The translations under genes were made by a program, and so were the position numbers. The notes under the pieces are model-generated. The model had not been told where the DNA came from and ran no database searches. It was given only the letters and a program-made list of their open reading frames with translations. Positions 63,189-64,000 of a DNA stretch of 64,000 bases are shown one piece after another. Every line of letters begins with the position of its first letter. Position 1 is the first letter of the stretch. Origin of the DNA: Torpedo marmorata (taxonomy: Eukaryota); NCBI GenBank assembly GCA_977017645.1, contig OZ360228.1, positions 49,228,001 to 49,292,000 on the forward strand, given 5' to 3'.

Positions 63189-64000
63189 TCAACTCCTCCC
63201 GCAACCCGCAACTAAATCTTCCTGTTCTTCTTCAACTTGAGCTAAGGTGTTTTCTCTTGACACACCAGATAGCACATCACCGCGATTTACTTGGTTTTCC
63301 CGTTCTTGTTGTTCAGGAATATGCTGAAAACTTCTCACCCGACGAGGAAGAGTATTTGCATGAGAAAGAGCCGTTTCGGGATCCATAAATAATAAAAAAT
63401 TTTCACCATTATCTTGAATCCTCAAAATTGCTGGATACTTAAACGAAAATTTATATCCTTTCTCCCATAATATAGTCTTTACAGGATTAAATTCTTTACG
63501 TTGCCTGACCACCATTGGACTTAAATCAGGATAGAAGAAGACTCTACTTCCTTCTATGACCATCGGACCCTTATTATCCTGTGCTTTTTGAATTGCCATT
63601 TTTAAAATTTTTTCCCTATCTTGATATCTAAGACACTTCATCAAAACTGGACGTGGTCTCCGATCACCTTGATTTTTCCTTCCGATCCTGTGTGCTCTTT
63701 CCAATTCCATTGGTTGGTCAAGTGTAAATATCTGCACCAACCAATTCTGAAAAAATTGAGTTATATCTTGTGACTCAGTTCCTTCCGGCAGTCCCAATAT
63801 TTTAACATTGTTTCTCCGACTTTGATTTTCCATCTGGTCCATCTTCTGTATTAATTGATCACGTTGTTCTTCCCAACCAGTAAAAGTATCATCCATTTTA
63901 TTCACTCTTTCTTTACAATCTTCAATATCATCTTCTACCTGCTTGACTCTAGTATCCATTTTCCTCATATCTTGTTTTATCTCCTGAAACTCATTTTGCA
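63189..64000 (-). CDS. L1 ORF1p (RNA-binding; N-terminus outside window)
   Basis: Coiled-coil region then ENQSRRNNVKILGLPEG, LERAHR, PRPVLMK, FYPDLS, YPAILRI motifs. Confidence 0.88.
   Translation of the reverse strand, partial: QNEFQEIKQDMRKMDTRVKQVEDDIEDCKERVNKMDDTFTGWEEQRDQLIQKMDQMENQSRRNNVKILGLPEGTESQDITQFFQNWLVQIFTLDQPMELERAHRIGRKNQGDRRPRPVLMKCLRYQDREKILKMAIQKAQDNKGPMVIEGSRVFFYPDLSPMVVRQRKEFNPVKTILWEKGYKFSFKYPAILRIQDNGENFLLFMDPETALSHANTLPRRVRSFQHIPEQQERENQVNRGDVLSGVSRENTLAQVEEEQEDLVAGCGRS

Larger units (their letters stand above)
58846..64000 (-). mobile_element. Near full-length L1 LINE running off the window end
   Basis: Poly(A) tail (T-run 58846-58864), G-rich 3'UTR, ORF2 in three pieces, inter-ORF spacer, ORF1. 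Confidence 0.96.

Overview
Eukaryotic genomic DNA from a vertebrate, most likely a cartilaginous fish judging from the repeat repertoire (V-SINEs, CR1, Rex1/Babar, Penelope-like, L1). The window lies inside a + strand RASGRP1-like gene. Two coding exons are recognisable, 38074-38179 ([15 protein letters not shown]...KLITL) and 43661-43723 (YQNALEQNCAAACLKICYFIR). They are joined by a U12-type AT-AC intron. The rest is intronic and packed with nested retroelements: two Gypsy elements of one lineage with 234-bp LTRs plus a solo LTR, a CsRN1-like Gypsy, a large solo LTR, five L1 copies, many Rex1/Babar and CR1 fragments, Penelope-like fragments with minimal hammerhead motifs and fold-back ends, V-SINEs, a 5S-derived SINE and a Tigger-like MITE. 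Two observations stand out. (1) The 234-bp-LTR Gypsy lineage has no tRNA primer-binding site. The PBS-position 14-mer is instead the reverse complement of the element's own LTR segment containing AATAAA, with five compensatory changes between two subfamilies. (2) All three Gypsy elements with internal sequence carry an insertion of the same L1 lineage, always antisense to the Gypsy and in or next to an LTR. Coordinates were read by eye, boundaries of old repeats are approximate, and no searches or alignments were run.
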